Origin: Tubiluchus corallicola
Taxonomy: Eukaryota; Animalia; Priapulida
Length of the DNA: 64,000 nucleotides
Reading direction: 5' to 3'
Assembly (NCBI GenBank): GCA_030141605.1
Contig: JAQGDQ010000217.1
Span: forward strand, 186,001-250,000
The notes under the pieces are model-generated. The model searched no databases, was not told the DNA's origin, and worked only from the letters and a program-made list of their open reading frames with translations. Below, piece after piece: positions 28,315 to 40,300 of this stretch. The position numbers and the translations under genes were made by a program. Within the stretch, counting starts at the first letter, position 1; each line of letters begins with the position of its first letter.

Positions 28315-31300
28315 ATGGAACAAGGAAAAATTTTGCCACTTTTAGATTCTAATCATGGAAGTGCCACTTCTAGTGAAGAGCAAGTTAAATTATTAGATGT
28401 TAGTAATAAAATCAGGCAACCAGAGATTGAACAAATTAAGCTTCTAGATGCTTTTGCATTGCCCACGGTAAATGGTGAAAAGGAATCTACTAAAGCTGAA
28501 ATACAAGATTCTGACATTCCTAGGCCTGTGGCTGTTAATTTTCTATCACGAAAAGTTACGAATGAATTGTCACAAGAAGAAGATAACAGTGGTAAAAAAA
28601 GTCGGTCTGTCAATGGCACAGCATCTAGTGACAAAGTGGTGGATAGGTGCAATCCTAAAGCAGTGGAAACTGATGATATTGTGCCGGTAACAGCAGATGC
28701 CAGTGACAATATTAATACATCTAGTGAAACCGAAAAGTTGACAGTAGATGATGACAGCGTGTCAGAGAAGTCTTTGGTAATTAACATGAGTGATGATGAG
28801 GAATCGCCTGATAATAAGGATGAGTCACTTAATAACAAGGAAGAAATTGATGCTGCAAATGAGAATAGAACGGAAGTTGTTGATACTGTAGATGGAAACG
28901 AGCAGGGAGATAAGGAAAACAGAATGGAATGTGCTAGTAGCTGTCTAGATGACGAAAATAAAAGTGAAAATGCAGCAGTTGTCGGTTCTCGGAGTACATG
29001 TGAAGATGGTGATAAAAAAGAAATGACACCAAATGTTGGCATTAATAAAGATAGCGCAAGCAGTTTTGCTACTGAAAAACAATCAAAACAGTTGCCCAGT
29101 GATTTCGCTGATAAATTAACAAAAGATATTTCAGACATTTTAAAAGGTGTTGGTAAACCCGGTAACAATAACGCTGCTGCCCAAGGTCTTTCTTTATCTG
29201 CAAAAGCGGACATTGAAGCTACGACTTGTGATCTTGAAATTAAAGAACAAGATGTGTGGTCAATTGGATCATTACCGTCTTTGAGTAAGATCAAGAAACC
29301 AAAAGGTATTATATACATATATATATTTTCAGTCTTATGTAGTATATTGTATACATGTATAGTAATATATGTGTATTATATCACTCTCAGTAAGGTCGAC
29401 CACAAAAAATTTCTATCTTACCTCATAAGCTCAAAAATGTCAGTAAGCAGGGAGAAATTTTTTTTAAAGCTTTATGAATGTTTAAAGCTAAAGCGTTTGT
29501 TTCCCACTGGCTAACAGTAATGTTTTAAATTTTTCAGTGCACTAATTTTATCGATTATCGCATTGTTTCTTTTTTATATTGTATGAGCATATGGTCTGAT
29601 AATTATGGTGTAAACGGCAACACTACTCTGCAGTTAATACGATAATTTGGCATAAAATATGATAATTTTTAACCTTCAATATGATAATCGGCATCATACA
29701 AAATGGCAACCTTTTTTAAGAGTTAGCTGTAGAAAAACATGGCTGCTCTTGCGGAAACAATGATGTTATAATAATTACTGCATTTTATATTTTAAATTAA
29801 AAAAGTATGCTCTGATATGACTGCACCAGGTAAGTATCCGAACATATGAAAAAAATATGTTAAAATTTCACATAAATTTGCAAATTTTGCTGATGCGTAT
29901 TTTCAGTTGTGGATAAATGAAAAAGAGATAACCTTGTGTCACTGCAGGCCCAATTATTAAAAGTTACGTTAAATTTAATTTTCATAAGAATAATTTGCAA
30001 ACTTGTACGTGGTGATTTATAAAGTGTCGGTGAATTGCATCCAAGATGTGTATCAGCATCTATTACCGTATACTTTCTCGCACTGAACTAATTGTAATTT
30101 AATATTTATTTGTTTCACCAACACATAAAATAATTACAATCAAGGTAACAAAGCTTACAGTACAATATCGTAGAATACAATAGCAAAATAGTTTTAACGT
30201 ATTATGTCAATAATGCCAGACAAACATTTAAGTTTTTAATAGAAAGATAGTAATGGACCTTTTCCCGTTAATTGTAATGATATGTGACGTCTTGCAGTGG
30301 CCTCAGAAAGCCGAAGCTTACAGAAAAGACCTGACAGTGAAACAGAAATTAGTTAGTACAAAAGAGGTGAAGGTGAAGTTGTCCCTAAGTAGTGACTGCG
30401 AAAAGAGGAGGACAGAAGGGGGAGAGGGAAAGATGATGCTATGTGATGTAACTAAGATTAAAATTAGCAGAGAAGTGCAGCATGAGACTTGCTGCAAAAA
30501 CAGAAGAAGATTAGCCTCACTTTGCATAATAGGAATAAGTGACAGGTATCACATGGATATTATTATACCGGTCTATTATTTCTTCCAGTATTTTTATGCT
30601 ATTCTCTTATTTATAGGAACTAAGGATATTCCTTTTAATACATCATTGAAAGCAAAACTACTTTTAGTTTCCTTAGCTAATTGTTGTATATCATTTCATG
30701 TTTTTGAGCCCTGGTATTTTATGAATATTAGTAATTTTTTCAATATTCATTCTACATAATGATATATAGAATTAATTGTACCTTGTGCTATAGCATAGAT
30801 TGTGACGGTTTTATTGGACTGTTACAAAAACTGTTATTATAACGAGCTTATACATATAAATAAGTAACTTAATTTTTACTATGTCATCCATGTTATAGCA
30901 CATTATGATTTCAATGATTAGTGTAGGCACTTGAATGTGTATAAACTGTCCCTGATGAGATCTTTATCATATAAATGTTTTGTAGCCAATCTGGATGTTC
31001 ATTTAAGATGACCTCTAAAAATGAACATCTAGATTGAGCAACTGGAGGCAAATATACTCTGCCGGACCCAATGCAAGTTTTTAGCTTTTTACAAAATTAG
31101 AGTCGGGTGAGGACAGGAAAATGCTTGCAATTACTCTACATGTTTATAATAGTAGAAAATAATGGTTTCACCTGTATTTTGCTTGTGAAATAACTAATAA
31201 TTCATATTCAGTGTTTCCTAGATTTCAATCATATGGCCTTTTCCAACATTGGTTCAAGTGGCAATGTCTTTCAAACTTTTGGCACTAGCAATTTCATTTT

Positions 31301-34300
31301 TTTGCTGTATGTTTCCAAAGCTTCAAGGCAATAGTATATGATTCATGTATTCTAGGGCAATGGCTGTTCTCATCTGTTATTTCTTTCCCACTACAAATGT
31401 TCACCGCACATGGTTTTTCGTTTACCACTCACTGATGGCCCACAAATGATCTGACTGGTCCCAAAAACTTCATCGAATATAATTCAACCTGCGTTTTCCA
31501 ATGATACTGCTAGCAAGGAGCAAGTTCATACTAGTGCAGATACCTATTGCTTAGTTTTTGTTAATAAGTTGTTACTTTGGTTCCAAAAGAGTGCTCTGTC
31601 AGGCACCTTCCAGGCCAGCCAGTTCTAGTACAGAAAACTTGGATACCACCTACTGGTTGAGGCACTGGGTTCATACATAGTACAATTGTAAAGCCCTTGC
31701 TGAAATCGCTTGACCATCATCATTTGTTTCAGTTTCATTTTTTCTAGCTCCTGTCTGACTTCTGAGTATCCCAAGTTCTCTCAGATCCTTAGTAATCTGT
31801 CCGGGTTATTGTTCACTGTTTAATAATTGAAGAGATGTAGCCACTTTTAGCTTTATTGGTTTTGCCCAAATTCTAAAATCCCGTCAAGCTGCATATGCAA
31901 TGCATTTTCTCGATGTTAACCATCATGGGCTATGATGCCTCAAAACCACAGATTTCAGTTGTAAACCCAAATCTTTCCCCATAAACACTTATTTACAGTA
32001 CTTTGTTCAGCAAAAAACATTAATCTGGCTCAGTTCAGCAAAATTATGTACTAATAATGTCTGGACTATTATTGTTGTATAGACTTTCTTACTTTCAAAA
32101 AGTTGCACACTAGTTGCACTATACCTTTCCCTTGGTTCTCTGACTTATTACATATCTATGCTAAACTAGGAGACAATTCAAAAATTATAAACTTTAATAC
32201 TATGAAGGTAGTCTTGCCATATCAGTCCAGTGCCCAGGTCACGTAGACTTGATTTTTGCCTTGATCTATAAACAATATCACTTAAAACCCAGAAATTTGT
32301 TCAGTCCTCACCGATTATATTGCAACAGATAAAGCAAGCACGCAGAATTTCGTAGCTTGACTTACTAACATTTTTGTGTGATGTTGTACAGGCCAACAAC
32401 AGTGGTGACGTTAACTAATATAAGTATTGCTATATTTCGCTAGGCCCTGCGAGACCCATAACTGTTACTTTATAAAATAGTTGAAGCACACACAACTCAA
32501 ATGTTTGTATAACCCTCTAACTGACATGCTTACAAACTCGAGATTTTAAATGATGATTGATGGTGATTTGTAACTACACTGTACCTATATCTAACTTCTC
32601 ATTCATAAAAAAGTTGTATGTGTTAGACTTGCCTCATTATAAATGTATGTGATATGATTGATATCCCTTTTTGATGTAGCTTTTGTAAACTCCATCATCT
32701 AGATAAAAATGATCAACACCTCTTATTTTGAGTATTTTTCAGCAAAGATAGTGGGTATAACAGACCTGTTTAAATGTATTTAAAAATATGCGTATCTTTT
32801 ATTTATTTTTTGGCAAAACTAGTCTAGACACTGTACTATGGGACTGCACATGTACTTAGAAAGTATTAACTATGCAACTCTTAGTTTCAAAATAACTGAA
32901 TGTACATGCATAATTATTGCAGCCAAGAAATCTTTTTCGCCATCTTCTCCTGCTTTAAATACCAGTGCTGATAGTCATGATGTCCAAGACTTTCCTAAAA
33001 CGAAGAAGCTTCGGACCGCAAGTCCAGTACCTGTAAGGCCAAGGCAGCAGGATGGATTTACCCCGGAACAAACTGCCTTACTCAAAGTACCCCTTGATCG
33101 GGGTGAGTATTATTACCTTGACTAAAAATTTTCTTTATGCTTTGATTAAGCAGCTCAGTTGTCCTTATCGTGGCCACTTTTGAGCAAATGAAAATAAGAA
33201 GGTATTTTGATATTCTAGAAAATCTCTCTAATATCAAAGTACCTCCTTATTTTGTTATTTAAAAAAATAATCAAGTCGAATTGTGAACTCTTAAAATATC
33301 ATGTTGTGCATTAATGCTCGAATAATCATTCAGTGCTTTCTTAACGTTTCAGTAAAAAACTTGTTGAATCTCCCTCAGTGCAGATATCGTGTTGCCCTGT
33401 AATACTGACCTGCATTGAAGATGAATAATCTCACCAAACTAAACTTTGCTGACATGATCATGAGCAATTTATGCACACTTTTCTGCGTGAAAGGACTGAC
33501 AGACAGAGAGAAACAAAACATACTTGATTTTGTCCTTTTGTCTTTTATTTATACATGTGTTAGCAAAACCTGGCGAGCTTCTGCCTCCTTCCTTCCCTCC
33601 CCTTGCATCTCTTTCTTCTCTCTTTCTCTCTCTCTATCTCTTTTTTCTCTTTCTCTCTCGCTCTCTCTCACTCATGTGTGTGTCTTTCTCTCTCACTTTC
33701 TGCCTTTTCTCTCTCTCACCTAAATGTATAGGCATTTTTTGGGATTTTCAGAAGACCTTCCACAGTGTATGGATGCCCTGCATGTTTTCAGTATGTGTAC
33801 AGAAATTGATGCAAATGATAATAAAGTTAAATATTAGTATGCCAGTAACAGTGTGTGTGAGGTTATTAGAAATTGTATTGAAGTGGTACTGTGACCGATT
33901 ACATTCCTGATGTTTGCTTTGAATATGAGTTATAAATTTTGCAGTGCAGACAAAACAGAACTGAGGTTATTGTTTTCAAAAGTGACCTCTAAGATGATGC
34001 TAGTTTACCTAATTTCCAGAGCTAATATTTTTTAATATCATATACTTCTTAAGCTTATAAAGGCCCACTTTTTTAGCTTAATTATAGGTAATAAAAATAA
34101 TAATATCATTTTGTTAGCATCGCATTTGAATTTTGCCTCTGGGCAGGTGAGATGTTTGCCTCTTCAAACATTCTCTACAGTTGCGACGTAGGAGCTGATG
34201 AGCCAGTTACTTACCTCCTACGTGTAAGTGCTGCTGCTTAGGTTTTACCTCCTAATTATGTTCTATAGTATTTATACTGTACTGTACGGGTTCTTTGTAG

Positions 34301-37300
34301 TGTGTTTAATTGCCCTTTCTAAGCCTTAAAACCTGCTGATCGAAGTTTACAGCTTGTGAAATGTTTATTTTCTAGTGTTTCCCATTCTAACCCATGCACA
34401 TTACATGAATTGTACATAATTATTATAGTTCATACATGATTTAGCTGGCCTATCAGTACAGTTTCATACAGTTTTTGAATCTGTATAAATCGGACAATAC
34501 CAGTAATTTGCAGACTGTTTTTTACGGGGATTCGGATTTTTGTGGACACCGAAGGAAAGTTTGAATTTTTGGATGTAAGCTTCAAAGCTAAAAGAGTCGA
34601 TATCATTACTGACCATTCAGTCAAGTTCTACCAATTCCGGCATAAATGGACGATCGAAGTCGCTAGGGAGCTTCGGGATCACACCTCGTTCCTTATCAAT
34701 TCCATCACAACAATATATGAACGCGCAGACTTTATCCTGTTGCAAGCGGCTCATAGCATGCGCTGTGATCAGCTTCGCAGGGCTATTTCCAATGTTCTTG
34801 TAATGATAGAGATCCTCCAAACATCCATGAGGAGCAGCAAAGACATCGGAGTACACTTGGTATTTGTGGACACAAAGACTGAAACCTGTAAACTTGTGAA
34901 CACGTTTTTTTACTTGTACACAAAAATCCACAAAGAAGGTGACCCCTGAAAAAAGATGTCCACAAATCCGTTTTGGCGTCCACAAAAATCAAGCACCCCG
35001 TTTTTACTCACGAGCAGTTTTACTGACACTTGTTTTTAAATCGAGAACAATCTTTGTGATCTTGATTCTGATTTTGCCAGCAAAAATAGTATTAGAATAT
35101 AGTTTTATAATAATAAAACTATAACACTATTGTCAAGATAAAAAATTCAAATTCTTAGATTATTAGATCACTGAATTATATTATTATTGTACATGGCAGA
35201 TAAAATAGTGTTAAACGCAGCTTCTTCAAACGCCACAACAATTTACAAGGAACCGACCGAAAAAAAGAAACTCGCCTAAAATAATTATAATTTCACGTAT
35301 CATGAAGCTCAGTGCTATACTTAGGTTACCCATTTAACGCACTTGTTTTCCAAATATTTGTCGCATACGCGGTAGTGCACGTGCGGTATATGGGATTGTG
35401 TGCTTAACCGCGCCAACCGGAATTTGGAAATGTTCTTGAAAGTGGCAACTCTGACGGTCGCCTTAGCAACGCTATCGAATGTGATAACTCGGTGGAAACC
35501 TTTTTGAAGTTGTGAAACCATCTAGTAAAATTTTTGTGATTGGTCAACGTTTTTCGTTTTCGCCAGTTATGATGCCCCTTTTATAATTATCAGACACTTG
35601 TTTTAAGACAACGGCCCAAGTTTCTGCTAGTGAATGTCTAGGCAAATTTCGCGGTTTTGTAAGGTTCGTGTGCGAACGTTTTGAGGTGAAATAATTGTGT
35701 TTTTTCTCTTATATATTTTTTGGAAGCTTGATAAACTTTAGCGTAAAACAAAATTAAAGGATACAGTAGTATTTCTAAAATTTCATAAATTCTTTGACAG
35801 CATTTTCTGTTTAACATACTATATTATAAGCTGCTATTTTTTCATAGATCTAAAGTTTCTATTAACTAACCATGTTTAAAAACAAAAAAGACTGTATATG
35901 GTCGAGCAAAGCGCTGTATTAGGCCTAGATTCATATTCATATCCAGTGTTTAAGGCTAGAGGTACATCCTTGGATCACTTATATTTTTTTATAGTTATAA
36001 TGCATGTTCTTCACTGGCATGATCTAGTGTGTGTATGGTACAAAGAATTTTTTGTGATTCCTCTCGCATTTCATATTTCTTTTGAATTAATTTATTGACT
36101 TAAATATTACAGTTTTGCTGCTTAAACCATTGCAGCTGTTGACTCCTCAGTTGCTGAAAGCGCAGTTTGCATACAGTTTGGCTCAGGGTCTGTAGAATTT
36201 ACTAGGATGACCTCTATTAGTAGCTGCATTCCTCAAAACGAAGGATTCCTCATCTAAAACGTTATTGATAATTAGCAAAACCTGAATCATGTCACTTCGT
36301 TGTCGTCTACGTTTTAAAGATGGAATATTTAATTTAGTTTTTTTATTTAATCCAAGTTGCTGAATGATGGAGCCAGCTTGGTAGCCGTTCGTTGAACCTC
36401 TTGTATAAGTTGAGCATCTCTTATAAATCTTGGTCCCCAAACAACATTAGCATATTTAGGTGTGGTCTAATGAGAGTTTTGATTATGTGAACAATCATTT
36501 CTTTTTATCATTTATCACTAAAACTTTTATCATTACTTTTCATGTTTTCATTCTCTAAAGTATGAACAAAAGTTACGAAAATTTGATTGTTAAAAAAGTT
36601 AAATTTCAAATAATTTGTATGTTTATAAAGTGCATTATGCAAATTGTTCCACATGATTTTCATTATTATCGCTGCCTGACACTGGGTCTCCATTATTATC
36701 TACTTCAGGATTCACCACTTCACCATTGTTATTCTCCTTTGCGACTTATTAATCTTATGAATCCGTGTTATAGTTGCTTAAAGCTGTCAGGTCATACATA
36801 ACGCAGTCACATCAAATTAGTCAAGATTATGTACCCGACACGTAAATGGGGTCACCAATATAAGTACGCAAATAAAGAGCTGTGAAAGCTTTTTCAGCCA
36901 ACCAAGAGGTCTATATTACACTCCTTGCCAAAGCAGTGGTGAAAATCTTTAACATATTTTCGTCCACCCCTGTCTCTTCTGATTGTTCAGTGCAAAACTT
37001 TAGGTTCTAGAAAAGTTGATATATGTGTAACATTAAATTATGTTTTGTCATTTCTATCTAATTCTATCTTTTTTGAAGTATATACTGTAAAACAAATTGA
37101 TGCTGCTAATCTGGACAATGTTGAGGAAAAGACAGTGGGCTTTCTTGTTACTGAGAACACTGTCAGCTGCCAAAGGCTTCATTTAGTTATCTTTAGTTAA
37201 AGGCCATTATTATGCTCTTGTCAGGGCTATGTAGAGTTAAAGTAGTAAATGTGCAATTGTTTTAGGTTGGAAGAGAATACTGTCTCATAGGTCTGGGGCA

Positions 37301-40300
37301 GCAGATCCAAAGATCAGAGCTGACGTATATTATTATACTCCACAAAATAAGCAGTTGGTATGTCAATTATGGTTTCGAGTTCTTGTCAGACCTGCAGATA
37401 TCTGATAATAGCAGCGAGTTCCAAAATGGAGCTCTATCTTATTATGACTTTTATAAGTATCGTTATTCTTTTTTTATTTAAGTTTTACGATTTAACTGTG
37501 TGCTTGTTAGGCTGGTCACGAGAATTTGTTTATCGAGCATATGCATCAGCTGAAAATGAAACAGTAGCCCAGGAGTTGAAGCTAAAGAAGGGTTTTGATG
37601 TTTATTATTACACCCCAGACAGAGTGAAATTGGTATAATTTTCAATTTTTTTCTAATTCTTTCTAATGTACTTATGTTTATGCTTTCTAAAATAGTTGCT
37701 TATCTAGCTAACATTGTCCTTTGCATTAAGCATTCTTTGTCTTAATAATTTCTTATGACATTTGTCATTACTAGTTTAATTGTAGAGCTTCTCGTTGGGT
37801 TGTATTATTTCTCCTCACTAAATTTGGAGGTTAACCTTTTTTAGAAGTACTCATTTTTTGCCAATTCTGTTAAAAACACTGATTCTGTTTACTAATAAAT
37901 TTTTGTTACTTTCGTCATGGAATTTTTTGATTGACTTTAACATTGTTTTAATCCAAAAGATTTGCACTGAAAAATAGAAAGTGAAATTTTCTCACTTGCC
38001 ATTACTAACTTGTATTAAGCACTGAACTACTGTTTCGTTTGCTTAACACAAATTCTGCCTATTATTTTTAAACGTGATAGTAATCAAGCCTTAAGGCAGG
38101 TATTGTAATTTCATTACAATACACCTTTTATTTAAGATTTGTAAGTCGCAGTTAAATCGTAAGCTTTATTTTGAAGTATTTTTTTAATTTTAAGCTTACT
38201 AATTTCCAAATATACGTACATGAATGTTCAACTTTCATAATAAAAGAAATTGCAAAAATGTGTTACACGTAAAAAATTTTACATGTAACACATTTTGCAA
38301 TACACACACGCACGTGCACGCACGCACACATGCATACACACACATTATATAATAATATAATACTGTTAGTAGCACCTCATAGTACGATTAATAACAAGTT
38401 TTAGGAATTTTTGCTTCTTTACCTTTTTTGACATTTTTTATTGTGTGTTTGCTCGGCTCTTCAGCTTATTATTCACTTTGGCAATTTTTTACAGTAATTT
38501 TTTTAACCAATTGCTACTACATGTAATTTAGTGATTTCATATAAATACTCTATAGTTGTCACTTGAACTGAAATGCACTTTGACACCAAACATTGAATTG
38601 TTTTTTTTATGTTTACTATTGTAATTGCCATTTTGATGCATTATTATGCTATGAATTACAAACAAGAGGAGTAGTCTGCATTTATTATAAATTTGTTAAA
38701 ACTATTAATATTTTGACTAATGAAATTTATTATATTTGCAGAGGTCCAATGTTCAAGTTGCACAGCATTGTAAGTAGTATATTTACTTTGCTTTTGCAAG
38801 TTCCAAAATTGTAATTCCATTAAAAAGACTTAAATGCACCTTATTAATAATTGTAAATGGAGTTCTATTCCAATGTCATTGTAATTACATATAAATTAAC
38901 TGTAGAGATCATTACACACTCCGCACATGAGAGGCTTCCATGCACAAACACGAGTTACTTAATTGTGTTTGTATTACCTTTTCCATCTTAATATTACTGT
39001 TTGTAATTTTTATAGTGCAAGAGGCTGGTATTACCAATCTAACTGGTGCAAATTTTTCGTATGGAAAATTTTTGATTGGGCATCCAAACGAGACTGAGCG
39101 ACATGCTAATCCTGCTAATAGAGGTGCACCATTAAAAGCACTTGTAAGTCATAATTTGATGTTTGCTTAGTTGCCTATGAAAGAAAATAATGAAGAGAAG
39201 ATTAGTTTCAAAATGATGATCAAATGGCAGTGCTGACGATTGTGGCAGCTTTGTTTTTTTCATGCTTTTGAAAAATAGTTTACCCACAGTTTTTATTTGC
39301 AGCATGCTAAAAACAACAGTACACCTTTGAAGAAATATAAGAAGAAGAAAAAGATGAGTTCTCCGCTGAAATCGCCTACTGCGGCTCAGCAGCAATTACC
39401 TGCAAAATCTGCGAATGATTCTCTTCCTGTCACAGACCACTCATACACTGCTTACACGCCAACTGTGTTTAAAGGTCCTCTTAAAATTAAATTAAAAACT
39501 CCAGGTAGTGCTTCGGCAGTCATTCAAAAATCAGTGCAGCGTAAACCTCCTGCACGAGCAGATGCTAGCATATACCAAAAAGCAACAAAGGCGTCATACA
39601 CCCCATTTACTTCTACAGCTAGTTCAACTCAGTCAAAAAATTTACATGATGCTTCACCGGAAACAATGCGTCCTTTGAAGTTCCAAAAGGCTGTTAAGTC
39701 TTTTCCTAAATCTAAAACAGACGTGACCCAGAAGGCTGTGAAATCCTTTTCGAAGTCTGGAATAGAGATAATACGCCCTAAGACGTTCCAAAATACGCAG
39801 AAAGCCGTAAAATCATTTTCTACTACCCCCGTACAGACCACCAGTTCTTCACATACTAGGTATGTTTGTTTTAACTGAATTTAATTACTCCTATTTTAAT
39901 TTCTTTGCATAACTGATGATTTATGCTATGAATAGATATTAAAGTTATTTTATGTCATCTATTTATGTGCAAATTAACACAGTCGGATTTTTGTCCATTT
40001 TTAAATTACTAATTTATCTACAATTTATTCTTAGTTGACCCTGTTTTGTTTCTGTTTATAATGCATGGCTTTCCTCTGATTGCTTAAACAGAATAAAACC
40101 AGTGGTCATACAATTGATTTGCAATAATGAGCAATGCAGTAAATCACTAGAATCACATATGCTTGCTGGCATCTTTTTGATTTTTATCTAAAACCGGGCG
40201 GTAATGGCACCCGCTAATATGCTTCACAAAAAATTCAGGAAAACTATAAGTGTTGCTGTCACAAAGCTCCACCAGAACCGAGCTTCGAAACGAATCCGAG

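Noticed and set aside
28353-29318. 321-aa antisense ORF
   Set aside because: Codon-aligned shadow of the acidic sense exon; Ser/Leu-rich with no domain.
30298-30545. Exon-like open segment (WPQKAEAYRK...) in the MBD-F-box intron
   Set aside because: It is open only in phase 0, but the upstream exon ends in phase 1, and that frame hits TAG. The 29305->32923 junction is already in frame.
31200-32260. Compositionally distinct stretch, possibly an old transposon
   Set aside because: No interpretable motif, TIR or ORF found by eye.
33415-33910. ORFs of 102 and 128 aa
   Set aside because: Produced by the (CT)n microsatellite.
36625-36760. Minus-strand Asn/Asp/Glu-rich peptide (KENNNGEVVNPEVDNNGDP...)
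   Set aside because: Upstream frames are broken and it sits beside a CR1 fragment; probably TE debris that I cannot assign.
37360-37510. ORF running through the A-B intron into exon B
   Set aside because: Hydrophobic T-rich intron-like translation; good splice sites explain the region better.
37266-37632. Two complete tandem MBD domains in one protein
   Set aside because: There is only one RS-helix-NFS second half, and joining A to B frameshifts to a stop.
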